Origin: Octopus sinensis
Lineage: Eukaryota
Assembly (NCBI RefSeq): GCF_006345805.1
Contig: NC_043016.1
Location: forward strand, 28,582,039 to 28,646,000
Reading direction: 5' to 3'
DNA length: 63,962 nucleotides
Shown: positions 24,601 to 37,356 of the stretch, piece by piece
How the letters are laid out: every line of letters starts with the position of its first letter
Numbering within the stretch: position 1 is the stretch's first letter
Program-made: the position numbers and the translations under genes
The notes under the pieces: generated by a model
What the model saw: only the letters and a program-made list of their open reading frames with translations
Told to the model about the DNA's origin: nothing
The model's database searches: none

Positions 24601-27600
24601 TTTATGTTCTCTGGTAGTCATCCCCATTGAATTAATGCCAAAAAAAAAAAAAAAAAGGAGTCAAAAGGGAGTACAGTTTATTGAATAGACACTAGTAGTA
24701 TTCCAGCATGAGCACAAGTTGTGAGTTGACGGAGTTGTGTCTGTCCTCTGAGTTCAAAATTCAACTGGGATCAACTGTTTACTGTAGCGAAATCTAGAAT
24801 CAAACCTCACATTTTTCAGTTGCCTGTTCCATACCACATGTAGATCATGCTTATGTCATGTGGTCTTTCTGTTCATCAACCAATCAGCTTGAGGCAATAT
24901 TGTGTCATGTCACGAACATCATCTGCTATGTCCTTGGATTTCCTACATTTTTCTTAGTATAAAGTGAAAATCCACCAAGAACAATTGCAGAGGTTGAGAG
25001 AATGCCACCAGAGAAGACCAATCCCTACCTCTTGCACAAGCTAGCCAGGGCTTGGCCCAGTGTAGCAGAAATATTGTTGTTTTATTTTGCTGAATCATAA
25101 TCTTGGACCAAAGTTTCCCTACTTTTGAGCCTTACTAATCATTGCTGTGTATATTTGTTACACTGAAGCTTGAATCTAATCTCCAATGTCTCTACAAGCT
25201 GGTAGTAGTAGTAGTTTATATGAATATGTACAATAAATCTTACAATGTAAATATACGATTATGTTTGCATCTGTTCATTATGGGATAACACACGGCTGAA
25301 CCAACAACACATAACAACATAACATTGAACCAGTGACATTGATAGCATACAATGTTAGTACAATATTACAAATAACATATTCAGTGTAATAGTGGACAGT
25401 GGGGGTTTATTATTGTTCATTAACCTGAAACTGAAGTTTACAGATACATCTATATATTTATACTTCAAATTTATAAAAAAAAATTTTTTCTTTAAATGCA
25501 GTGAATTGACTGGAGGTGGTGGTATGACTTCAACAGCTTCATCGTCTGTGACATCTTCTCGTTACACAAACCACGTCCCACTTCCAGATCAACAGCGAGC
25601 TCTTGCTCTTCTACTTGAATTAGCAGTACAGAGAGGCTCTTTGAGTCATATTCTTGGAGGTGTGCTTCTGTTGTTGAATCTTTGGGAAAACAGCTGGCAT
25701 GAAAGAGACAACAGAGTTAATAGCAATTTGACTTCTGCTCCATTGGTGCCACTACTAAAGCGATTCTTTGGAATACGGTCAAACAAAGCAAAGAACTATG
25801 AAATGACAAAATGGGACGAAGTAAGCTACAAACTTGTGTTTTCTTTTCTTTTTTTTTTTTTTAGATTTTAAAAAGTTTTTTTTTTTCTGTTAGTTGAAAC
25901 AAAAATTAGTGAATCATATTAATGTATTTTTCTGGATGAATATATTTCCTTTTCATTTTACCATTACAAGAATTGTGTGGTTTAATGAGTTTATAAGGTG
26001 TTTTTTAAGGGCAATTTGATTTACAGGGAAAAATAAACTTGACTTCACAGAAAAGTTGATTTTATGAACTTTTGAAATGATTAATTGAAACTAATAGTAA
26101 TTTATTTAAATATGTGGATTTACAGAATTGTCCAACACATTCTTGGCATACTAATAACTAATGTTTGTGTGTGTTTGTGTATACATGCATTTTCATGCTT
26201 GTGTTCTTATGTATGTTTGTTTTCATGTATGTATGTGTATGTATTTAGAAATGTGTTTTCTTTTATAGCAAGCTGATGTGTACTTTGTGAGTCCAACTGA
26301 ATGCTTTCTGAGATACATCACAGATCTTGGAGATGAAAATGCCCCTGTTGACTTGCAGCAATGTGCAGTTGTGATTATGTCCCACCTAGATCGATTGGCA
26401 GCACCTTACTTACCTCCAGCTTCCTCAAATAAGGTGATTATTTCTTTATGCAATTACCTTCAGAAAGAAAAAAAAAAAACATAAAAAAAAAATAAATTTC
26501 TCATTGTAGCATTAATCATGACTGAGAAACCATTCTAATTTGAACCAATAATTCATTACAAACTGTTTTCACCATTTTGTTACCATATTTCTGTTGAAAT
26601 AAATTAACTTTATTTCAATTAATTTTGAAGATAATGAGTTTTGTAAAGTAACTTTACCATTATTAAACTGGTGTTTGAAATATAAATTAATATGAATTTT
26701 GATGGAAGGATTTAATTTAGATCACTCTAAAACCGGAATTTTGTATCATAGAACCTGGTGTGGTCTCAGGTGGGTTGGTATTAGGAGGGTTAAGACAAAC
26801 ATGATGGAAAGATTTGGAAGCTAGACCATATGACAAAGATATTTCTGTTAAAATATGCTGCTTTTGTTTCCATGAATTTTGAAAATAATGAAGGACTTAG
26901 GAAAATAACTTTGTCATTATTAAGCCAATGTTTGGAACAGAAATTGGCATGAAGATTGGTATCAAAAGGTTTAATATCCTAACAGTTCTAGTCCGTGCAT
27001 TCTGGTACATCACCCTTCTAGTTATATTGAATGCAAAGGGGGTGCTGGGGCAGTATCTTGTAGCATACAGCTGCTTACATCAACCGTTTCTTTTTCCTAG
27101 TACTTTTTTTTTTTTTTGAGATAGGAAGAATGAAAAATTTTGATCTGGATTTGAACATAGAACATAAAAGGATATTAACAAATAAATACCACAAAGTATT
27201 TTTATTGACAACTCTACAAATTCTGTCACTCACCTTTCACCCACCATTACTACCTACTGCCATCAGCACCATGCATCACATCCCTGTCATCATTATTCTT
27301 ACCTGAATCATGAACCCTGTTCAGGCTGACATTTTAATTCCATTTCTTTTGTTGTTGTGGGAATGGGATACTATTTTTGTTTGTTTGTAAAGATATTTTA
27401 TCCTGGTTATTTAAAATATTTTATTCCTGTTTAACATTAAAAAAAGTTTTTATTGTTTTGTCTAATTATTTCATTCCATCTATCCATCTTCCTTGCCCAC
27501 TATGCTTGGAAGGGTTGTGAGGGTAGGGTTCTCAGTCACCTCCTCCATAGGGTCCTGTCAGAAACAAGCAGCATTAGACTTTCTCAAGTGTGACCATTAT

Positions 27601-28237
27601 CCAACTATCTCATTCTTGGTCTGCCTCCTCAGTCTTCTGCCAGATGGCTTGGCTTGAAGAATCTTGCTTGTGATTCTTTCCTGCAATATTCTAATCACAT
27701 GTCTATAGTATTCCAGTGATAAAAAACATTTTTAATGATTTCTTTTTTTTAAACTTTTTAAAATCAAAAATGTATTTTCAACTTTTTTTTTTGTTTTTGA
27801 AGTAATTTTTTTTTTCTAAGTTTAAAATTTTCCTCAAATGTTAATAGCATAATAATTTATATTTCCATTTTTTTTTAACAGAACATAGAATTTGAAGACA
27901 TTTTGGGCTGGGCACCAACAATACCACAGATAAACAGTCAGTTACATTCTAATAATGATGGAGATTGCATTAAGCAGATACAGTCTTCATCAAGAATGTT
28001 TTTAGCTTTAACAAAGTCTGGCAAAGTTTATAGTTTCAGTTATTCATCTGAAATACAGGTAAGTTGTTTCCTTCTGTTTAATTTTATAGTGTGTGTGTGT
28101 TTGTGAGTTGATCTATCCTTCCTTCCTCCAATCCTCCCTCCTTCACTCACTCACCCTGTGTACTTGCCTACACATCAATCTTTTCTGTTCCGCTGTCCTA
28201 TTCTGTCTCTCATATTCAGCTTATATCTTGACCTCAC

Positions 28238-28324
<87 letters not shown>

Positions 28325-29537
28325 AGCAAGCCATGTATTCACCTCTTCAGCAAGACATCTGTTCCTCTCCCTCTATCATACTTTCATATCTTTTAATACT
28401 GCGTCCCACTCAGTTGAAGGGCCTTGCAAGTATTTGATGATCTAGCAGTGTTGGTTCCAAAAGAAAAGCAGCCAGTTCCCACTGAAGTGCTTGGTGTTAG
28501 GAAAGGCATCTAGCTGTAGAAACCATGCCAAAGCAGACATTAGAACTTTGGTGCAACCCAAATTGTCCATCCATGCCAGCATGGAAAAAGGGATGTTAAG
28601 TGATGATGATGGTGATGCTATATATATTGGCAATTAGAAACCTACAGTGCTTAAAAAGACCCTATTTGCAACCATGGTCAAATTGGTGTTTAAGTGGTGG
28701 TAGAATTGGAAGCATAATGTGTGTGCACATATCTGAGCCCTTACCCAATATGTCCCTGTCAAATTTACACCTGCTGTCACACCTTGTCCTCTACCACTCA
28801 TTCCTCCATAACCCTGCATTCTGCTATTCTTATAAATGAAAGTGGAAGCCATTTACTGCATGTATCATCACCTTTCTGTACTGCCAGTTACCACTCCCTC
28901 CCTAATGAGCCATTTCCTACTGTCCTCCATCCTTCATTTCTTACTATTGTCCTTTTTCACCGCTGACCACCTTCAGTGGTTATTTATCTATGACTACCCC
29001 ACTCCTAATTATATCCATTACTTGCGCCTTCCACTCTTGTAACTTCCTCCTGGTCCTTCTGTCACTGTATTCTCTTCTATTCACCCACTTGAACATACCA
29101 TCTTGAGGGTACAATCTGCTACCTTGTCACCAACATCTTTTTCTCTTCCTTGCACCAGTCTTCTGGTGCACCCATATATATTGTTGGCAGTCTTGAATCC
29201 CGTCCTACACAACCCACCCAACTGTTCTCCTCATTTCTCTTTCATTGTCACTAACTCCTGACACTTCACTCTTTTACCATTTATTACCTCCTTCAATAGT
29301 TTTTGTTAACCTCCCTTCACACAACAACAAACCTGTTCCTTCCATCATATTTTAGTGTCTCAACATATTGCCTAAAAGTCACTACCCTCTCTGATACTCT
29401 ACCTTTCAGCATTGAGCATTTATGAACTTACAAGTTGCAAGGTGACCTTAGAAGCACTAGTGCCTTAAAAAAAAAAGGCCTTGGTACAGTAGTTGGTGTT
29501 TGGAAGGGCATCCAGCAATTGAAACCATATGTGTGTG

Positions 29538-29570
<33 letters not shown>

Positions 29571-32500
29571 GTATGTATATTGACATTTATTTTTTATATC
29601 AGGTTACACTAAAAACAACTTAATATTAAACTGAAATGTTAGTACTTTTTGTAGGGTCATCATTATTCATTTACAAGAATATTGGTGACAGTGACTTCAA
29701 AGTTTCAGCCTACTAGCCTTTTTCAGACCATTCATTTAGCTTCAGTTTTTCCACACTAGCCTTGATTAGATAGAGTTGTTTGAGGCAGGAATTTACTGCT
29801 GAAATCTCTTTCAGTTGTCATCAACCCTTATGTATTTTTTATGTGAAGGACTTTTTTTTTTTTATTCCAGAGATCTTGAAAACAGTGATTGAAAATAATG
29901 TCAATAATGAATGTCAATTTCATCATTGGTTTGATCAGATCAAATGGCAATATGTGTGGAATATCAACATTCATGCATATTTTCACATGTGCATGCACAC
30001 ACATACATACTTGCACATACACATTTAATATGAAGAAAGAATTTTTAGTCAAAAATGTTAGTCATATACTATTATAATTTTCTGTTTTGATTTTTTTTTG
30101 GCACTCAACATTCTTTTATTCTGTTCTTTTGCAGACCCCAAAGGTTATAGAAGGCTTTGGTCAGAGAGAAGTCATAAAGATTGCTTCCTGTCCTGAAGGA
30201 AGCCACTACATGGCACTAACATGTGATGGAAAAGTGTTTTCTTGGGGTTTTGGTGAAGGCGGTCGCCTTGGACATGGAGACAACATGTTAGTATGCTAGG
30301 ATATGTTTTTATATGGAAACACACATGCGCATGTTTACACACAATGATGTACACTTGCTTGCATTCAATACACTCTTGTATGCACATGCACAAGCAAACA
30401 TACACACGTACATGCACACACTCAAAGTAAAATCAATATTACCATAAAAGTTGTATTTGATTTGCTAAAGAATTTTTAACTATATTCAACGTTCTTCAAT
30501 TTAGTGATTTTTGACAATTACATATTTTAATGGTGAATACATTCAGATGTGCATGCCAATATGCATATATATACATGAAGATGTAAACATACACCTGTAT
30601 TCATTCTATTCATTCATATAAGTGTAGAGGTATTTGCACACCTGTAGATATTCTTGTGCTCAAATGCATCAGAAGTATATGGGTTTGTATGCCATATGCA
30701 TGTGATGGCTATGATAAATACAGGTGTAATTGTGTGGTTGAGAAGTTCACTTCAGAGCTACATGATTTGGGGATTAATTCCAGCGTGTAGACCCTGTTGG
30801 CTGATGTCCTCTATTGTACCTTTGTGTGGGTCTGGGTGACTGCATGTTGCCCTTATCTTGACATATGTATGTTGGCTGTAAACAAAACCATTGCCATTCA
30901 CACAAATGGTGTTGTTTACTTGCAGTCCTCTGTGAAAGCTTGCATGTCCAAGCTGTTTGGTGTTCAATAGATTGGAGGAAATATTACTTTTGTTTGGAAA
31001 CAGGTGAGGGTTAGTGTCAGGAAAAAACATCTGGCTGCAGAAAATTCTGCCTCTATGAATGTAGTCTTATCTGACCTATGCAAGCATGGAAAAGCAAATG
31101 TTAAAATGATTACAATGATATAAGGCACATGTAAATGATGTGCACACGCACACACAGAGGGTCAAAGCTAAAGCTCATTAACCTTGAATCCTGTTAAAAC
31201 TGCCCCAAGAGTCAAAAGGGTAAAGATTGCACCTAGAAAGTTCACCTCCAAGGACAAGTCCAGGCAAGATTGTTTATGGAAGACTAGCAGTTGCCCATGG
31301 ATACCACCTTTCCTTTTCCATGCCACTGATGTTATCCAGAGGAAAGGCAAAAGCTAATACAGTTAGGCACCAGTGATGTTGCAACTCATTTCTACAGCTG
31401 AGTGAACTGGAACAACGTGAAATAAAGTGACTTGCTCAAGAACACAACTCACAGCCTAGTCTGGGGATCAAACTCACTACCTCATGATGCTATAACCACT
31501 GAACCATACCTCAAAATATAAGACATAACCACTTTTATTTTCTGAAGTGTTTAACCCTTTAGCATTCAGAGCACTCTACCAAGTGCAATGCGTATGCATT
31601 CACATTTATTTTGAATGAATCATGCATTTTCTCATAGCTTTTGGATTTTGATGGTTTGCTTATTTTTAGAATTACATTCTAGTGGAAGTATGATAGGCCT
31701 GATCTGATCAGTGTGAACATAAAACATGTAAAATTTAAACCAGCCATATATGGTCAGTTTAAATGCTAAAAGGTTAAGTTATTTTGAAAAGATTGACTTA
31801 ATATCACTCCCACTTTCTTATAGTTTGTGTTGCAATTATTTGGTCCAGATTTCTAGTTTGAGAATGCTTCCTCCCTCCATTCTCCACAGGTTTTGGAGGC
31901 CTAAAAAGAATCGTATAGATGCAGGCATGGTTGTGTAATACAAAGTTTGCTTCCCAAGCACATGGTTTCTGGTTCATTTCCACCATGTGGCACCTTGGGC
32001 AAGTGGCTTCTAGAGTTGTTCCAGGCTGACCAAAGTCTTGTGAGTGGAGTTAATAGATAGAAACTGAAAGAAGCCCATCACATATGTGTATGTGTGTGTT
32101 TAACTTTCTCTTTGCCTTGTAATAATTGGAAGTGGATGTTAACAACCATCATGCAAATGGTGTCCTTTGTTTCCAGTCTTCCATGGAAAAATGACTGGTC
32201 TTGGAGAAAAGTTGCCTTATTTGGAAACAGGTGAGAGTTGGTGACAGAGAGAGAATCCAGCCATAGAAAATCTGCCCCAGCAAATTCCATTTGACCCATG
32301 CAAGCATGGAAGTGTAGACATTAAAACAGTAGTGGTGATCTTGATAAAACGCTGTCCTTCCTTCCTAGCTAAGCAACTTAAAAGATATGTTCATCAGTAT
32401 TCTTCAGTAATTAGAAGGTCAAAATTTGCAATAACTATATGGTATGTTAGGAATTGCAATGGTGTAATGGTGAAAAATTGATCCACGATGGCACCATGCG

Positions 32501-35500
32501 ATAACCTAAATGACTGCAACTAAAGCAATCTTGAGAAAGTGAAAAGGCGGTATGGTTTTTGTTGTTGTTTTTAACTTTTTTGTTCACCACTGACGCATAT
32601 ATAAAGCATTTGAGTTCAACTTCTTCAGCAGCAGTAGCAATAGTGCCAAGCTCGTTTTCAAGATCAATATGCCATCATTATCCTCATCTTCTCTAAGTAT
32701 TGTAGGCTATGTTCTTCATCTGATTTAACCAGTGCAACTTAGTGTGTGTATTTATATATATTTATATACGTTTCTTTACTACCCACAAGAGGCTAAACAT
32801 AGAGGGGACAAACAAGGACAGACACACGGATTAAGTCGATTACATCGACCCCAGTGCGTAACTGGTACTTAATTTATTGACCCCGAAAGGATGAAAGGCA
32901 AAGTCGACCTCGGCAGAATTTGAACTCAGAACGTAGCGACGGGCGAAATACCGCGAAGCACTTCGCCCGGCATGCTAACGTCTCTGCCAGCTTTCCGCCT
33001 ATATATGTATGTATGTATGTATGTATGTGTGTGTGTGTTAGCTATATTGTTTTGCCTAGCTCTGAACTATGTTGTGTTTTTTAACACGATGTGTCTATAA
33101 CCCTTTAGCATTCAGATTACTTAGTCAAACATAATGCTTATTTATTCACGTTGTTTTGAATTAATCATGCATTATCTCTTAGCCTTGAGATTTCAATGAT
33201 GTGTGTTAGTTATGTGTCTAGTTATAGAAGGACATTATTAAATAGGTGTGAGAGGCTGGATCTGGTCAGTTTGAACATAAAAGCAGGTAGAATATTTGGG
33301 GCCATATATGGCTGGTTTAAATGTTATACTCTTTTACTGTTTTAGTTGTTTCAGTCATTTGACTGTGGCCATGCTGGAGCACCACCTTTAGTCGAGCAAA
33401 TCGTCCCCAGGACTTATTCTTTGTAAGCCTAGTACTTATTCTATCGGTGTCTTTTGCTGAACTGCTAAGTTACAGGGATGTAAACACACCGGCATCGGTT
33501 GTCAAGTGATGTTGGGGGGGACAAACTCAGACACACAAACATTTACACACACACACACATATATATATATACACACAAACACACATACACACACATATAT
33601 ATTATATATATATATATATATACGACAGGCTTCTTTCAGTTTCCGTCTACCAAATCCACTCACAAGGCTTTGGTCAGCCCGAGGCTATAGTAGAAGACAC
33701 TTGCCCAAGGTGCCACGCAGTTGGACTGAACCCGGAACCATGTGGTTGGTAAGCAAGCTACTTACCACACAGCCACTCCTATGCCTACCATGTTATATAT
33801 CATGATATATAGACATAGCTGTATGATTTTGTGAAGTTTACTTCTCAGCTGTGTGGTTTCAAGTTCAATCCCCCTACACATGATGACACTGGATGTATTT
33901 TATTGTGACACCAACACAGAGCAGGTTGCCTTGTTATCAACAAAACCAAGATCACACATGCACCCTCTCTTTCTCTCTCTCTTCATTCAAACACGTGTTA
34001 CCAATTTGCAAGTATAGAAACACCCATACATGCATGCTTGGACACACACATAGTTATATGCATGTAAACACACATGCACACCAAGCGTATATACATGCAC
34101 ACACAAACATATGTACACAAGCCTTCAAATTTGTCTTAGCATATAGTAGCATTGCTGTTTTGAAGTATCACTTTCTTTTGGTTTCTTGTAGATCCTATGA
34201 AGAACCTAACTTGATTTCAGCATTAGTTGGCCATCATGTGACTCATATATCCTGTGGCAGCTCAACCAGTGCAGCAGTTACTTCACATGGAGAACTGTAC
34301 ACATGGGGAAAAGGAAACTATGGTCACTTGGGACATGGAAGTTGTGATGATATGTCTCTGCCAACTCTTGTTTTGTCCCTCAAGAGTTATCGCATTGTGG
34401 ATGTTGCCTGCAGCTTTGGAGAAGGACAAGCAATTGCTCTTTCTGATACAGGTAAATATATATATAGGCTCGAAACGTTAAAGACTTGTTTTATTTATAT
34501 TTCCTGAGCGCCATACTAATACAATTGTTTGTTTGTATTCCACCTGCCTTCGTCTTTTGTTTATTTCCGTAAACCTGCCTTCGTCTTTTGTCTATTTTCA
34601 TAAAGCTTCCCGTTATATATATATATATATATATATAGTTAATCCAAACACGAAAGCACAAAAAAAACACAACAATGCGAGGACGTGGAGTGTGTATGTT
34701 GGTGTCTATTTGTATAACATTGTTACTGTATATTTGTGTGTGTGTATGTATATCTTGTGAGTGGATTTTTATACTTGGAAACTGAAAAATGTCTGTTATG
34801 TGTGAAAGGTGTGTTTGTGTCTCCTTGTCTTGATATCTTGTGAAAATTATGAGTGAGTGTCATTGTCATACAAGTGGTATGCTTTGCTTCCAGTCTTTCA
34901 TGTAAACATGTCAAGTCATGGAGGAAGTATTACCTTAATCAGAATCAGGTTGAGGGTTGGCAGCAGGAAAAGCATCTGGCTGCAGAATATCTACTGCAAT
35001 AAATGCTGTCTGAACCATGCAAGCAAAGAAAAATGGACATTCAAGCAACAATGATGATGATGATGATGTTGTGTAGCTGTGTGCATGGGAGTATGTGTGT
35101 CTAGGTATGTAACATTTTCAGTGTGTGTGTGTATGTTTGTGTGTGTGTGTGTGTGTGCCTGTAACATTGTTACCATATTCGTCCATTTCGTTTGTATATC
35201 CGTTTTTCCATGCCAGCAAAGGTTAGATAAGTATGTTATTAAGGTATTGTTTTACAGTTGGAAGCCCTTCTTGTCACCAAGCTTTACCTGTTTTTCAAGT
35301 AAGGGATCTCTTACTTGAAGGTCTTCAAAAGTGCAAGCCCAGTGGATGATTTGTTAACGAGGAAAGATGACATCAACATAATCAGTCATAGCTTGGTGAT
35401 TTTCATAATCATCATTTAACATTTTTCCATGTTGGCTTTGAGCAGACAGGATGGAATGACACGATCCAGTGAATTGGAAGACTATGTATGCTCCAATGTT

Positions 35501-37315
35501 TGCTTTGTGGAGGCTTATGGCTTAGTGGTTAGCATGTTAGACTTGTGATCATATGATTGTGGTTTCAATTCCTGGACTGAGTGAGGTGTTGTGTTCTTGA
35601 GCAAAATGCTTCATTTCATGTTGCTCCAGTTCATTCAGCTGGCAAAGATGAGTAACCCTGTGATGGACCAGCGTCCTGTCCAGGTGGGGAATATATACAC
35701 CCTGAAACTAGGAAACTGGCCCTTATTAGTTGGTATGACTCTAAAAAGTAACTTTACTAGGAAACTGGCCCTTATTAGTTGGTATGACTCGTAAAAGTAA
35801 CTTTAACGTTCCTATGGCTGTGTACATTTAATTTTGCTTTTTTAATACTTTTATCCATATTAGGAATTGTTTTTACGTGGGGTGACAAAGATTCTGACAA
35901 AAGTGGAAGAAGCAGTAATGAATCTCGCATACCAAAACCAGTAGAACCTCTAACAGAAAATATTGTTCGAGTCTTTTGTGGCTCACAATTTTGCCTTGCT
36001 TTGTCAAGGCTTGGTGTAGTTTACTCTTGGTAAGTATTGCTCTTAACCCTCTCGTTACTGTATTTATTTTGAGATACTCTGTGTTTCTTTCAATTACTTT
36101 AACTATAACAAAGAATTTAGTAAAATAACTTAGTTATCATTCAGCTCGTGTTAGGAACATAAATTGTGACTAAGGTTTGGTGGAAGATATTAATTCAAAA
36201 CTTATGAAAACAAGACATTTGTACTCAGAACCAGAGCCAGTTTCAGCTGGGTTGGTAATGAAAGGGTTAATCTTTATATTTTTACTTATAATTCCACTGT
36301 CCAAACTACCCAAAAATTTCTTTGATATATTCATAAAAACTACAGAAAATTTAATTTGAATTTTTTTTTATAGCACTTATTTTTTTTAAATGTTTTTATT
36401 ATTGTTGTTGTTATTAGTATTATTATTTGGATGGCAAGGTGGCTGAATCATTACTGAACCAGGCAAAATGCTGAGCAGAATTTCTTATGGCTCTTTATTT
36501 ACTGATTTCAAATGGCACCAAGGTCAACTTTACCTTTCAACCTTTTGAGTTCCATAAAATTAAAACCAGTTGAGCCCTGGGATTGATGTAATTGACATCT
36601 CCTTTTCCTCAAAATTGCTTGCCTTGGGCCCAAATTAAAAAGAATTATTATGATTATTATAAAGGTGGCAAGTTGGCAGAATTGTTAGTGCATCAAACAA
36701 AATACTTAGCAATCTTCTTCTGGCTTTATGTTCTGAGTTCAAATTTGACTGAAGTTGACTTTATCTTTCATCCTTTCGGGGTCAATAGAATGTAACATCT
36801 TCCAAGTATTGGCTCCCTCCCCTCAAAATTGCTGGCCTTGTATCTATAGTAGAAGTAATTATTATCCTTCATTTGTACAGTGATGATCTTACAGTTCTAT
36901 ATTTAAGAGATGAGGAATTATGTACATTATTTACATTATGTAAATAATGATGATCTTGTTAACATTGGATCATTTGACTCCCTATCAAGTTATGTAACTT
37001 CAGAGAGACAGTACTTTCTTCAGGATATTTGCTGTTTCCAAAAATGTTGTGTTTTGCAATGTTGTAATGCTGAGATTTATTCCAATTGTGTCAAGGTGTC
37101 TCTGAAAGCTTTTTGTTGTCAGCCCATGTGCTCCAGTCACAATTGGTACCATTTTTGCTTTCATATTTCACAATCTCTTGCATCTATTCTCAAGTTTGCA
37201 TATTTTACAATTATTCTCATTTTCTTTATCATTGATATAATAGTCTCCTGGGCAAGTTACATTGATCAACAGACACCTTACAGTATCTTTCTGTGCCAAA
37301 GTTATGTCTGGCCTA

Positions 37316-37356
<41 letters not shown>

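Noticed and set aside
33893-34507. 204-aa ORF as a single coding unit
   Set aside because: Only 34192-34451 is exon; the rest is intronic read-through.
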